Source of the DNA: Eledone cirrhosa
Taxonomy: Eukaryota
DNA: 64,000 bases
Assembly (NCBI GenBank): GCA_964016885.1
Contig: OZ024743.1
Location: forward strand, 207,514,001 to 207,578,000
Direction: 5' to 3'
Below, piece by piece: positions 1 to 12,406 of this stretch. A program made the translations under genes and the position numbers. Positions within the stretch are counted from its first letter, which is position 1; each line of letters begins with the position of its first letter. The notes under the pieces were generated by a model. It made no database searches, had not been told where the DNA came from, and was given only the letters and a program-made list of their open reading frames with translations.

Positions 1-291
1 TATGAAACATTGGGATGTCAATATTTACATTAATTAATCCCTCAAGTGTATAACAAATTATTGTATTGGACTGCTTTTATTTAAATGTGACAGAACAAAC
101 ATCTCTTGGTAAATAAAACAGTTTGTTTTGTTGGTATATTAGTGTTGCATGTAATATCTCTCTCTCCCTCTCTCTGTCTCAGTGACTCTCTCACTCCCCC
201 TTTCTTTGTGACTCTCAATGACTCTCTCACTCCCTCTCTTTGTCTCAGTGACTCTCACTTCCCCCATCTATCTCTATCAACATTATATATA

Positions 292-1259
292 CTAGCTGAC
301 ATACCCAGCTTCGCCCGGGTAAACAGATAAGAGAAGACAGGTAAAAGAGAAAATGACTGTATTGCATGTTTGTCTGGTTACAGTATGAGGCGAGTCCGTG
401 GTGTCTGTGTGATAGGAAAAAACAGATATACCAGATTCTTCGTTGTACCATTTGTGCATAGTATATGAACAATTCTAGGTGGTCCCACCTAGAATAGTGA
501 CCTCTAGGGGATGGTTCATCTTCTGCCTGACTGTAAAACGTGTATCATTGCATAGATGTGGTTGTTCCACGTTTCTCAAAAGGATGATGGAAGTTCCAAT
601 CTTTTATATTATATGTAGATATAGATATAGATAATTAATATATAAGATGTCCGTCAATGTAAAAGGTCCCTATTTACTCCCTTCACAACTCTGTGCATGT
701 TAGACTGACAGACAGGCACACAGACAGATAAACTACGTGGCGATTGTGGGATGCCCCACGTACACACACATACACGCATGGAAACGCGCACACGCATGCA
801 AACTTACACACGCACCCGTGCACTTACACACACGCACACACTCACACATGTTGATAGTTTTTACTTTCTGTGGAACGCTGCACACACGCACACGCACACG
901 CACACGCACACGCACACGCGCGCGCACACATGTACATACACGCACACACACGCACGCACACACACGCACACACACACATGTACATACACGCACACACACG
1001 TTAATAGCTATTGCTTTCCTTACCCTCTTATTTCCACACACATCACACACAGACATGTCTCTACACTGACACATATACATAGTGTAGCCAACACAGCGTT
1101 CACTTTGCCTCTTTCTCCCCTCTCACTCCCTCATTAGCATTATGCATATTAATTTAAGTTTGGCGTCGTTGTGGGCGGAGTCGTTTGAAACCTATGAACC
1201 AATGATAATCGAGAATTATGACACACGGAATACTGACGTTGTTGAAATTAATATATAGA
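292..1259 (-). mobile_element. Non-autonomous Helitron (possibly two nested pieces)
   Basis: Minus strand ends with a GC hairpin ACCCGGGCGAAGCTGGGT then ...CTAG|T at 292. Candidate 5' end A|TCTATATATTAA at 1259, with an alternative A|TCTACATATAATATAAAAG at 619. Internal (CA/CG)n tract 760-1080. Confidence 0.6.
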
Positions 1260-1750
1260 TATATATATCTATACTATAAAGCTGACGGCCATATGTAGGT
1301 AACAAACTTTCCGCCAAATGGCTGGATTAAACAGCACCAAATTTGCACCATAGATGTAACTTTTTCCAAGTAAAAAAGTGAGGGTATTTTTGTCTACTGA
1401 ATTTTGTTAAAAGATTAAAGACATTATTTAAATATTCACTTCTTTAAAATTTCAAATGTCAACACTTCCGGTTATACGTCATTCCTCACTTTTTCTTATG
1501 ACGTTGCACAACATTCCCCTCTTTCTCTTAGTCTGTCTTTTTAGATAGATACATAGCTATAACGTAGCGCCCTTATAATATGTCTGTATGACTGACTGTC
1601 TGCATTAGATAACGTATTTCGAAATATTTACTTCTGCGTTCACAGACGGATTTTTTAAGTTTCAGAAGATCCCGTTAAGGGTGAAAGCAGCGATTCTTTG
1701 CTTAAACTTTAATCTGTTATTTTAATATTTATATTCATGTACAGATATTT

Positions 1751-2148
1751 TTGTATACACAAAAACAAAAAGCTATTTATTTCATCAATGGCCATCAATT
1801 TTCCACTTACCGTTTGGCTTGCCAGATGCGTGGTATGTTACATGATGATAGCCATTGGCACCTCACCCTGCAAGAAGCAGCAACTGCTAAAGTCCCTTCT
1901 CAGCCGCGAAAACATTTTGCTATTATGCTGCACAACTGCGATCTCGCTGACCCTCTCGCACTGTGGAACAACCTCCGTGAAAGTCTAGTTGAGCACATCC
2001 TCCACCACACACGCAGACACGATCCAAATTTCATTTGTCTTGAAAACAGTGTCCTGGAGATTGGTGGTAGGCCTCTAAGTCACTACAGGTTACCTGCTCC
2101 TGACAGGAGTGTCCAGAGGTCACGTGAGACGAGCTACGAAATCAGTGA
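1751..2148 (+). pseudogene. Helitron RepHel fragment (region between Rep and Pif1 helicase)
   Basis: INGHQFSTYRLACQMRGMLHDDSHWHLTLQEAA...PSQPRKHFAIMLHNCDLADPLALW matches the recalled Helitron pattern VNG..TF..AC...GLL.DD.HW...L.EAA....P.QLR.LFA.IL..C....P..LW. Confidence 0.85.
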
Positions 2149-2268
2149 TTCTCCCATGGTCAATTGTATGTAGGATGCTCTAGGGTGAGCTCGCCAAACA
2201 ATCTCTTCATCTTTGCTCCGGAGGGCCGAATAAAAAATATTGTATACTCTGAGGCTCTAACAATGTAA
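2149..2268 (+). pseudogene. Helitron Pif1-like helicase extreme C-terminus
   Basis: Manual translation FSHGQLYVGCSRVSSPNNLFIFAPEGRIKNIVYSEALTM* contains the FSHGQLYV..SRV and NIVY.E.L motifs; not in the ORF track. Confidence 0.9.
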
Positions 2269-2602
2269 ATTAAATATTTTCTGTTACTTGTGATTTCCAT
2301 TATGGTTGTACAAATTATTGTTTGTTAAAAAATGTGTTCTCTGTTCAGCCTTTATTGTTGTAACTATCAATTTTCTTTAACGTACTGGCTGCTGAACTGG
2401 GGAATCCTTCCTAAAAACTATTCAAATCCAACATCAAAGCACGTTAAGCCCCCCCCCCCCCCCCGGTTGACTTGAGAGGGCGTGCGGTATCTTTGCACTG
2501 GAGTGTGTGTGTGGGTCCTGAAAAGATAAAATGCTGGTATACCTAGCCGGACAGGCCAGCTAGTTATATATATATATGTATATATCATATATATGTGTAT
2601 AT

Positions 2603-2640
<38 letters not shown>

Positions 2641-2854
2641 CTCTCGATATCCAATGACATTTCACTAACTACATGTCTGTCAAAACCTTCAATCTCTCTT
2701 ACATTGATGCTAGACATTTCCAATAGTAGCTTCATTTCTAATTGTTCATTTCTATAGAACACACACACTAACACAGACACACACATCTACCTATTTCTAA
2801 TTTATATAGATAACATGTATTTAAAAACTGAAAATGTCAACAGATTTTGATAAG

Positions 2855-3120
2855 TACTCTTGAGTCCCAAGTAATAAGGGGGTGGGGTGGGGGAATGTGG
2901 AAAAGTTGGAATAAGAGGTGGGTGTAAGGTTTGGAAAATCGGTAATCTTTCTAGTTCGTCTTTGTTGATTTTTTTTTAAAACCAGAATTAGTCATTTAGT
3001 TTACATATTTAGACCCCAACCCATCCTATTTATTTTATAATGTACTTTTTGTCATGTATAATGTTTTTTAATGTCTAAAGAAAATTGTTGCAAGAATGCT
3101 ACCACTTAAAATAAATTTTT
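2855..3120 (+). mobile_element. Partial copy of TA-flanked MITE family
   Basis: Starts TACTCTTGAGTCCCAAGTAATAAGGG; body colinear with 17440-17801 and inverted relative to 11694-12075. Confidence 0.7.
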
Positions 3121-3228
3121 ATCAAAATCTTCAAACATAATTTTACATAAGTTGTCCTTCCTGTTGTCAACTGTTTTAGCTACTTCTTACAACATTCAGA
3201 GATACAGTACACCTATTTTAAACCAGCC

Positions 3229-4178
3229 AGATGTCTTTGGTGCCAACTGTTTTAGTTAACACTTACAACATGCTCTGAAAGTACAGTAGCTAGAGTCAGA
3301 ATGGGATGGAAAAAGTTCAGAGAGCTTATACCACTATTGGGCGCTAAAGGGTTCTCTCTAAAAATGAAAGGCAGGCTGTATGATGCCTGCATACGAACAG
3401 CAATGTTACATGGCAGTGAGACCTGGGCATTGTGTGCAGAGGATATACGCAGACTGGAGAGAAACGAAGCTTGCATGCTCTGCTGGATGTGTAATAGTAA
3501 TATACGTGAACGGCAAAGCATAAACGAACTAAGGGAGAAATTAGAAATAAGAGGGATCAGATGTTGTTTACTCGAGAGAAGACTATGTTGGTATGGTCAC
3601 GTGATGCGCATGAAAGATGACAGCTGTATAAAAAAGTGCAGGGCAATAACAATAGACGGTAGCCACGGAGTAGGCAGACCCAGAAAAACCTGGGACGACT
3701 TGATAAATTCCGACCTCAGACACTTACACCTCTCCAAGACAATGTCACTGGACCGAGACCTTTGGCGCTACACAGTAATAGAGAAGACCCGCCTTACCTA
3801 AGTGCAAAGTGAAACCTACTACAGTCAGTAGGCACCTCTAACAAAATACCCCCCCGTACCACTACCCCCACCCCATCCACACCACCCCTTTCAATGTAAA
3901 GTTATGTTGGTACCACAACAGCCAGCCCGAAACAAATGAGGTCGTGTAGGTGTCACGACAAAAAACACACACAGTCCACCCTGTAATGTGGCCGTGTAGG
4001 TAACACGGTAAAAACCTCCCAGCCCCACACTGTAAATGTGGTTGGTGTTAGGAAGGGCATCCAGCCGTAGAAAACCCGCCAGCAAGACAACCACTCTTGC
4101 CTCAAGTGGGAAAACTCCTGTCCAAACCCATGCGAGCGTGGAATATGGACGTTAAACGAAGATGATGAGATGATGATG
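3229..4178 (+). mobile_element. 5'-truncated RTE-clade LINE with 38-bp TSD
   Basis: RT C-terminal ORF, 3' UTR and (GAT)n tail; flanked by direct repeats 3191-3228 and 4179-4216 (35/38 identical). Confidence 0.9.
3301..3801 (+). pseudogene. RTE LINE ORF C-terminal (thumb) region
   Basis: GWKKFREL.PLL, MLHGSETW, RRLCWYGHVMR, GRPRKTW are typical RTE C-terminal motifs; homologous to 62440-62770. Confidence 0.9.
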
Positions 4179-5350
4179 AACATACAGAGATACAGTATAC
4201 CTATTCTAAACCAGCCTCACCTGGATAGAGGAAATAAAGGTCTGTGAGGAAGTTGAAGGAAGATGATAGGGAAGGTTGAGGAACTTGTGTTGAGCCCCAC
4301 AAGGCTAACACCTGCTTTAGCAGGGAAGATAGCTTTAAAACACTTACTGGTGTTATATTAGTTTCAATTTTTGTTTTGAGCTGTGGGCTCCCGTTTGTTT
4401 ATAATAGTGAGAGATGGTGAGAGTGAGAGATGGAGGCAGTGAGTGAAAGAGAGGGAACATGCATACACTATCACCACCCCCAATTTGACACTGTTTATCT
4501 ATTTTATTTAGAAATATTATTGAACCTTCCACTTACCCTCCCATATATTATTCTCATTCATGTGCTGTCATGTTTTCTTTTCTCTCTCTTACACCATCCT
4601 AAGTTATGAAACAATGTTAATGTATTAATCCTATTATTTCAATTGTTTAAATGCATGAAGAATTAAAAATAAACAAAAACAAACTTTTGGCTTAGAAGAT
4701 AATTTTGAACACATTTTTACGATTTTTATTAAGCTGCTTTATACACTAAAATTTTGTTGTTATTGTCGCTGTTGTCGTCACTGTCATCGCCTTTCTCCTC
4801 CTCCCCCTCTTTTCCCTCCTCTTCCCCTCCCCTTCCCTATTCATTCTCCTGTATTTTCCAAGAGACTCTGGACCTTACATCATCAACCTTCTAAATTGGA
4901 ACAATTCATCATAATTTTATATAAGAATCTTATTTCCAAAATTAACAAAACCCCATAGGCCATGTGTTTCATGAGAAATCTGGACAAGTTATGAGAGATA
5001 GCTAGCGTTTACTCTAGAGTAAAATAATTGAGGGTTGTTGAATTAACAGCTCTTTAATAAGCAGTGGAGCTTAACAGCCAAGTCAAGCAGTGAAATACCT
5101 AGAATAATTTGGATTACAACCAAAGTCATTAACAAAGACTTCTATAATTAAAAGGTTGTAAAAACACTTTCATTCATAAATGTTATGTGAGTGTTAAGGA
5201 GGCTTCAGATTATGGTGTTCTGCTACACTACTTATCTAGGAAAACAGTGGAATAAGAATGATTCTAGAAATATAATATTAACTGGAAACATTTTTGTTGT
5301 CAACGTTATTTTATTTTTCAAAGATCTTTTGACAAAAACAGAACAGACTA

Positions 5351-5579
5351 TTAACCCTTTCATGACCACATTTCTAATGAAATACACTCTATTTTAATTA
5401 ATGAAATATTTTGAGAGATTTACTGAAATTATTTCATTACTAAGAAAGTAACTTAATGTAAGGTTCTTATATAAAATTATATTGGAAGATTTTAATTTAA
5501 ATTGGATACCTTTAAAATAGGTGGTTTTATTTCATAGAACCAGATCCAGTTTTGGCTGGGTTGGTAACTAAAGGGTTAA
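5351..5579. mobile_element. piggyBac-type MITE (TTAA TSD)
   Basis: TTAA|CCCTTT...AAAGGG|TTAA; body homologous to 14230-14423, 29636-29929, 36112-36493 and 37404-37621. Confidence 0.75.
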
Positions 5580-5711
5580 AAGGGAGGAAAAAAAGGAATC
5601 AAGCAATGAAAGAAAGGGAGAGCAGGAGGGAGCAGCACACTTTACACCTCAGTCTGAGCAGTGCTTCAGAATAGGAAAGAAAAGCAGTAAGAGTATATTT
5701 TATTTTGTATC

Positions 5712-5985
5712 ACTTCATCATTTTATGCCTACTTTTCCATACTTGAATGGGTTGTATAGGTCCTTTCCAACACACTCTGTTTTCACTCATATTCCTTCAT
5801 AATCTCTTTGAGGTTCACTATTTTAAGATTGGCTCTAATCATCTCTGACCAGTTTTTTCCTGTCTTCCTCTACTGTAGCTTCCTTCCACTGGTATCTCCT
5901 TCAGCTTCTTCACCCAGCAATGATTATCCCTTTTCATCACATATCTATACCAGTACAATCTTCTTTGCATGAAAATCTAGATCCA
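5712..5985 (-). mobile_element. Degenerate RTE 3' fragment
   Basis: Reverse complement resembles the GRPRKTW region and the (GAT)n tail of other RTE copies. Confidence 0.6.
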
Positions 5986-6878
5986 TAAGTGTGTATCTGG
6001 TTTAGAATAGGCACATCATAACCCTGCATGATGTAAGAAGTGTCTAAAATGTTTGATCTCAGGAAAGACATCAGCCTCAAAAAGTCCCATACAACTCATT
6101 CCAACATGGAAAAGTTGATGTATAAATGATGATGATGATGACAACGTTCATACATCATAACTTTTTAGCAAGTTAACAAACATAGCAAATAATATTTATT
6201 CATGAAAATCTCTAATGGATTTCAATTTTGGTTGAATGTGAATGTCATAGAATTGTTGGATAGAGCTTAGAGAATCTGAAGAATTTGAATATTCAGAGTA
6301 ACTTGCCTGCTGTTTTCAATACTGACTGGAACTCTTTGAATTAGAGAAAAGCTTTGCTATATTTTTAATAGCATGTGAGAATTCATGGACATGCGTGGTG
6401 CATTGCAGACTTTGTTTATATGTAAATCGGTTTAAGAGGTTTTAACTGTTTTGCAGTATTTTAGGGAAAGTCTTCTAAGTTTATTCAAAAGACAGAGTGG
6501 ATCTTGAAAAAAATACTGGAATTCTTTTTATTTATTTTTATAAACCTGTTACTAATAGGTTTCCTTAAAATATGGAATGTCTATGAAGCACTAATGGCAT
6601 TCATTATATCTAGTCATTGTCTTTAAAAGGTTTCTTACTAATGTATTTGCTACATGTATTTCATTGTCTTCTAAAAGGCTTGGTATTAATGAATTTACTA
6701 AATTTAGTCTTTGTCAGCATGTTCTGTAGCAGTCTTTATTAACAGAAGCTGCTACAGGCTTATAAGACATTAAGGTGCATTCTCTTGTATATTTTTTAGG
6801 CAAAGTGCAATATATATATATTTGTCTCATATAGATCTTTAAATAAACCAGCTATTTATTAATTTATATATATATACA

Positions 6879-6911
<33 letters not shown>

Positions 6912-6913
<2 letters not shown>

Positions 6914-7858
6914 GTCCCTAAGGAAAGGTGTTGAGGAATGACTTGTGAAACAGTGCAAGCTTTGTACAGAGGTGCTGTAAGTAAAGTGAGGGTAGGAATA
7001 GTTTAGTGAGGAATTCCAGATACAAGTAGGAATACATCAGGGTTCGGTCCTCACCCCACTCTTGTTCATTATAGTCCTCCAAGCCATAAAAGAGGAGTTT
7101 AAGACTGGCTGCTCATGGGAACTTTTCTATGCTGACGATCTGGTTGTTATAGCAGAATCAGTAGAGGAGCTAGAGAATAAATTCTGGTTATGGAAACAGC
7201 AGTTGGAATCAAGAGGAATGAGAGTGAACCTAGCTAAGACAAAAGTGTTAAGTAGAAAAGAGGACAAAACTCTGATTCCGTCAGGGAAATGGCCATGTTC
7301 AATATGTAGAAAAGGAACTGGCATAAATTCTATAAAATGTACACAATGCAGATCTTGGGTACATAAGAGATGTAGGGAAAACTATGTATGCAGTAGATGT
7401 ACAGGGAAATTTGACAGTAGAAGCTGCAGTGGTACACATATTTTCCAAATGCAGGTAGGTTCTATAGAAGTGGTTGATAGCTTCCGGTACCTAGGTGATC
7501 AGATTAGCATGGGAGGGGGGGGGTAGGTTCCGAGGCCATAGGAGAGAATGTGCGTGAACGGCCAAGCATGGATGAGTTGAGAGAGAAACTGTATAAGAGG
7601 GATAAGTTGTAGTGTGCGGGAGAGAAGACTGTGATGGTATGGACATGTGATGTGCATGGAGGATAACTGCTGGGTAAATAAGTGCTAAGAAATGCCAGTA
7701 GAGGAAGACCACGAAAAACATAGACGGAGGTGGTGAGAGTGGACCTCAGATCGCTGAAGCTCACGGAGGAGATGACAAAGGACAAGTGGAGAGATGCTGC
7801 GCTGAATAGGACCCATCCCACCCTTGCAAGCAGGGAAAAGCGAACATAAAATGATGAT
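6912..7858 (+). mobile_element. Degenerate RTE LINE fragment (RT core, zinc finger, 3' tail)
   Basis: HQGSVL.P.LFIIV, ELFYADDL, KWPCSICRKG...CTQC..WVHKRC...CSRC, FRYLG; frameshifts and deletions; ends ATGATGAT. Confidence 0.9.
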
Positions 7859-7960
7859 ATATATATATCACGATGAATTAACGGAGCCATAGACTCTCTT
7901 TATTCCCTGTCAATAATGTGCTCAAAGGAAAAGGAATCCTGAGCTCTTTAAAATACAATA

Positions 7961-8196
7961 TGTTGAAAAGGAACACACTAGAGAGAGATAGTGTGCCATC
8001 AATAAAACAGGGAAAACCACCAAATTTGTACGCATGTGTTATATAGTTATAGAGGTGTGTATATACATTTTAATTTATATTTTTAATTATTGTGTGTCTA
8101 CCGTGCCTTCCATAGATTATAGATTCCATACACTGGTGGTTTTCCCTGTTTTATTGATGGCACACTATCTCTCTCTAGTGTCTTACCTTTTCAACA
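7961..8196. repeat. Long inverted repeat (48-bp perfect arms, about 62 bp imperfect)
   Basis: 7975-8022 is the exact reverse complement of 8134-8181; 111-nt spacer. Confidence 0.9.
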
Positions 8197-8932
8197 TATA
8201 TATATATATATATATAATCCAAATGCTTTTCTAAGGGGTCATTCCTGTGAAATTCAGATTTTTTTCAAATTTTCACCATTTAATCCTAGATAATCCTACA
8301 TTTTCTGAAACAAACGGGAAGGTCATGACTGGAATGTGTCTGCTTATAGATTTATTTAATCAGAGATAACCTGGGGTAGAGCCTCAACAGAAACTGGAAA
8401 TAGTGTTTAAGAAATTAGGGTCATTTTAGTGAAATTGAACAGGACTTCACATTTTCTTCAAATTTTCACCATTTATTGGTATCCATGGGAGAATTAATTA
8501 CTAAAAGTTTCTGCTTCATAGCTCTCACCAATCAAAGTTTATGGCCATTTAAAGATTTGGGCAAATTCCAAAATATTGAATTTATTTGATTTTCAGAGAT
8601 CTATTACTTCAAGTGGCTTTTATCCCCGTACCTTTGGAACTTGATTTCCTTAATCTCTGCCAGCTGAAGTTTCTCAGACACTGGAACTAATTACTTTAAG
8701 CTGGCTAATTAAAAAAAAATATTAACTAAAAATTTGAAAAATCATGAAAATTCAGATCTTGGGGGCTATTTAAAAAAAACTCGAAGTTTAAGTGACTGTT
8801 ACTGAATAGCAACAGCTGTTGAGCAGCGCATCTAATTGTGCAGTATGGCTTGGAAAATTGACAGAACAGTTACCCAAAGGCCTGATTTTTAGTAAATCAA
8901 GGGGTTAAAAGTGGAAAAAGTGCAATAATGCA

Positions 8933-8969
<37 letters not shown>

Positions 8970-9401
8970 CATTATAACTGCTTATCACAAAGTTGAAACC
9001 ATATAAAACTTTACATATTCTGAAAGTGCCTGAAGAGGTGAGTCTAGAAGAATAGACATAAAATATTTTAAACTGATATAAGAATCTATTTGCATCCCCT
9101 GAAAATGGCTTAAAATGAAAATTCTTGCTTTTGGGAGAAGTTCAGAGCCCCCCAAACCAATGTGCGACAATTTAGAAATCTTTTAAACCTAAAAATTCTT
9201 GGTAGGGTATGATTTGAAGGAGATTTTGCTGCTATTTTAGCTAGTCAGGCAATCGTGTAGAGGTGACCTCATGTGGAGGTGAGGTGTATCCTTTCTTGGA
9301 TAGGTCGCCAGTTAATCACAAGTAACTTTATCCACAATATAAATTAAACTTCTCACTGTAAGCCAAGGAATCATTTGTCAAGTTTATTGTAGAGTTGTTG
9401 T

Positions 9402-9623
9402 TTAACCTCTTTAGCATTTAAACTGGTCGTATCTAGCAGTTTTCTCACTTCTATCTGTTCAAACCAGTTGTAACTGGCCGCTCATACTAATGTTAAAGTA
9501 TTGTTCACAAAATAAATAACAAAATCTCATAGATTCGATATTATGTGAGATAATTGTGAGATAAAGCCTTTACTGTGAAAATATAATAGAATATATAGAG
9601 TAATGTAAATGCTAAAGGGTTAA
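9402..9623. mobile_element. piggyBac-type MITE, second family
   Basis: TTAA|CCTCTTTAGCATTTA ... TAAATGCTAAAGGG|TTAA terminal inverted repeats. Confidence 0.7.
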
Positions 9624-9785
9624 AGCAGTCAATGTTATCAGCAGTAAAGTAGCAAGTTAAAGCTATGTTAGACTGATCTATTGACAGTGAAGTATCTTGT
9701 CCTTGGAACAATACAAGGATTGTTACAGAATCAATACCACTGATTTCTCAGCTGGTTGTTTGGTACTGTCAGCTAAACCATCTAG

Positions 9786-10047
9786 GACCAGAGTTAGACC
9801 TTGGTGGTGGTGGGGTGCTCAGGTTTGGTGGACTCCTCATATAACACACACATACACACACACACACACATACACATTCACATACACACACATTCACACA
9901 TACGCACGCACGCATGCATGCACGTGTACAGAGAAGCAGGAAGAGAGAGAGAGAGAAAAAGGAGCCCTGTTATTAGATGGGGGGGGGGGACCTCTGTTTG
10001 ATAAGTGGGGACTAGGGTCCCCCCTTCCCCCAATAAATCTAGCCCTG
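9786..10047. mobile_element. Possible degenerate PIF/Harbinger-like MITE
   Basis: Ends AGGACCAGAGTTA... and ...TAAATCTAGCCCT resemble AGGGCCGGATTTA-type TIRs; a similar right end lies at 59445-59459. Confidence 0.35.
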
Positions 10048-11693
10048 GAGCTGTCTAAACATTCTAAAATTATATTTTTATAAATAGGTCCAGCTATTGT
10101 TGCAACATTTTTCATGTGAACTAATTACTCCAATTCCAAGATAATTAACTTGTTAATTTATTCTTTCTATCGTGAAATTCTATAATTTAATCACTTTCTT
10201 TTATGCCAGTTTAAAAGCTCCCTACTTCAAGAAAACATCTGTGTCAAAAAATATCTACTTTTGATCTTCACTTAAAATATCTTTAAACAATTTCTAATTG
10301 TTCACTTTGGTTTTTCAATTTCTTCCAATAATTTATAAATTAAAACAATTTCATTTGAAATGGCTAATTTTATTTTTTTTATTCATCTAAATTTTAATTT
10401 GTTTTTGTTTTTTTTATTTCACCATAGAAACATTATAAAATTAAACATATTTAAAATCTGTTTTGTATGATTTTAATATTTTTTCCCTCTTACATTTTAC
10501 TTTTATTTTAAATCACAATGACTATCGAGATTCTTAGTAGAATTGTTTTTAGTATTATATTTGTAATGTTTTTAGTATTATATTCTTAAGGCTAAGTTTA
10601 TTTTCTGTTTTGATGTATATTTTTGTAATAACAAATCTAAATTATTTAAATTTTAGTTGAATTAGAATCTTCTGTTATCATCAAACATTGAATTATAAAT
10701 GGGTCATTGAAGTTTATTCAATTAATCAACAAACTTTTCTACAATACTTAATTAACAAGATTCTTGCTGTTACATTTAGTTTTTTCTTCTGAATTGATAA
10801 AAAGTTTTTATTTTCAATGAAATAACTGTCAACGACTCTTAACAAAATATTATTCTGCTCATATCAAATATCTGATGTTAGTTCTGGAGCTTAGGAAACT
10901 TATTATTTTAAGTTTTAAAAAAATCAACTTTATAAAAACAATTAAATAATAAAGAAAAAAACCCTACTAAATCTGTTATTTGCCTTTCATTGTTCCAAAG
11001 TCAGAAATACATACTAAATTTATGGTTACTTAAAATAGTTGATGGATGTTTCCTACTCATGTAGAGTTTCTTTTTATAAAATCTTGTATTTACTCTATGA
11101 AGCCTGATTGGAATTAAAGAAATTAGGACATTATATATGAAGAAGAAATCAAGAGAATGTTTTCAATAAAAACATTGTAGTAATTGTTTCAAGTTGGAGG
11201 ATGAGTTGTTAGGAAGATAATTCTTTTTAGATATTTTGACCTCAGTAGTTCTCCTCCATCATTGCCATCATCACCACATAGGATATAGCTCAGTGGCTCA
11301 TCATAAGGCTGGTCACATAAGATGCGTCTCATCATATGATGGGCCACAGTTTTTTTCAAGGTAGTTTTGAAATTAGGTGTGTCATTCAGAAAGCCAAACA
11401 GGCCACATGTGGCTTGCAGGCTACAGTTTCATCTTGACTGATGTAGATACTCAAGAGTCACATGATGATATTTAGAGATGATAATGTAGTTTAAATGGGA
11501 ATATTGTTTATATTTCAATCTGAATATAAACAGAATTATTTTATATTTTAGAATCAATAAGTTACTTGTTAACCCAGACATAGAATCAGGTTCCTAGCAA
11601 CAAATCTTTCTTTCATGACATGTCTGCTTCAAGAAGAGGAAATGTTGAACAAAATAAGCTTTAAGAATTCACTTTATGCCCAGTAAAAATATC

Positions 11694-12075
11694 TACTCTT
11701 GGGTCTCAAATAATCCTCCCCAACCCACTTATTAATTTTTCAGATTTTTCTAAATCCCCACCCCTCACTTATTAAATTTTGTTAATCTATCTCCAGCGAA
11801 ATTTTATTTTAAGTGGTAACATTCCTGTGACAATTAATTTTCTTTAGACATTAAGAAATATTATACATGACAAAAACAAGTACATTACTTGAAATCCCAT
11901 ACGTTATCAAATAAATAGGATGGGTTGGGGTCTCAATATGTCAACTAGACGATTAATTCTGTTTTTTATTTAAATCAAAAGAGACAACCTTGAAAAAATA
12001 CCCCCCCCCCCCCGACACACTTAGCCCCCATCCACCCACTTATTCTCACACCCTATTATTTGGGACCTGAGAGTA
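11694..12075 (-). mobile_element. Complete TA-flanked MITE (Tc1/mariner-like ends)
   Basis: TA|CTCTTGGGTCTCAAATAAT ... ATTATTTGGGACCTGAGAG|TA TIRs; three copies in the window. Confidence 0.8.
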
Positions 12076-12129
12076 GTTCTTTAAGCTCAGCATAAGTGGG
12101 GCATCTTTATACCACCGCCATCGTCACCA

Positions 12130-12406
12130 TCACTTGAGGGCCGAGATGTGTGCAGGAGAGAAGATTGTGTTGGTATGGACATGATGCACATGGATGATGA
12201 TGGATGGGTGAAGAAATGCCAAGAGATCCCAGTGGAAGGAAGCTGCAGTAGAGGTAGACCAAGAAAGACTGAGCTGAGTCTCACAGAGGATGATGAAGAA
12301 ATGTGGCAAGTGCTGAGAAGGACCCGTCCAACCCATGCAAGTGTGGAAAAATAGATGTAAAAAAGATGATGATGATGATTGAGATGATGATGTTGATGAT
12401 GATGAT
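12130..12406 (+). mobile_element. RTE 3' fragment
   Basis: MDDDGWVKKC...VEGSCSRGRPRKT followed by ACCCATGCAAGTGTGGAAAA and a (GAT)n tail. Confidence 0.8.

Larger units (their letters stand above)
1268..2563 (+). mobile_element. Internally deleted Helitron carrying RepHel remnants
   Basis: 5' A|TCTATACTATAAAG and 3' ...GCCGGACAGGCCAGCTAG|T; sits in AT context; contains two RepHel coding fragments. Confidence 0.85.

Noticed and set aside
8235-9170. Possible DNA transposon starting TAAGGGGTCATTCC
   Set aside because: Could not find a matching terminal inverted repeat or TSD.
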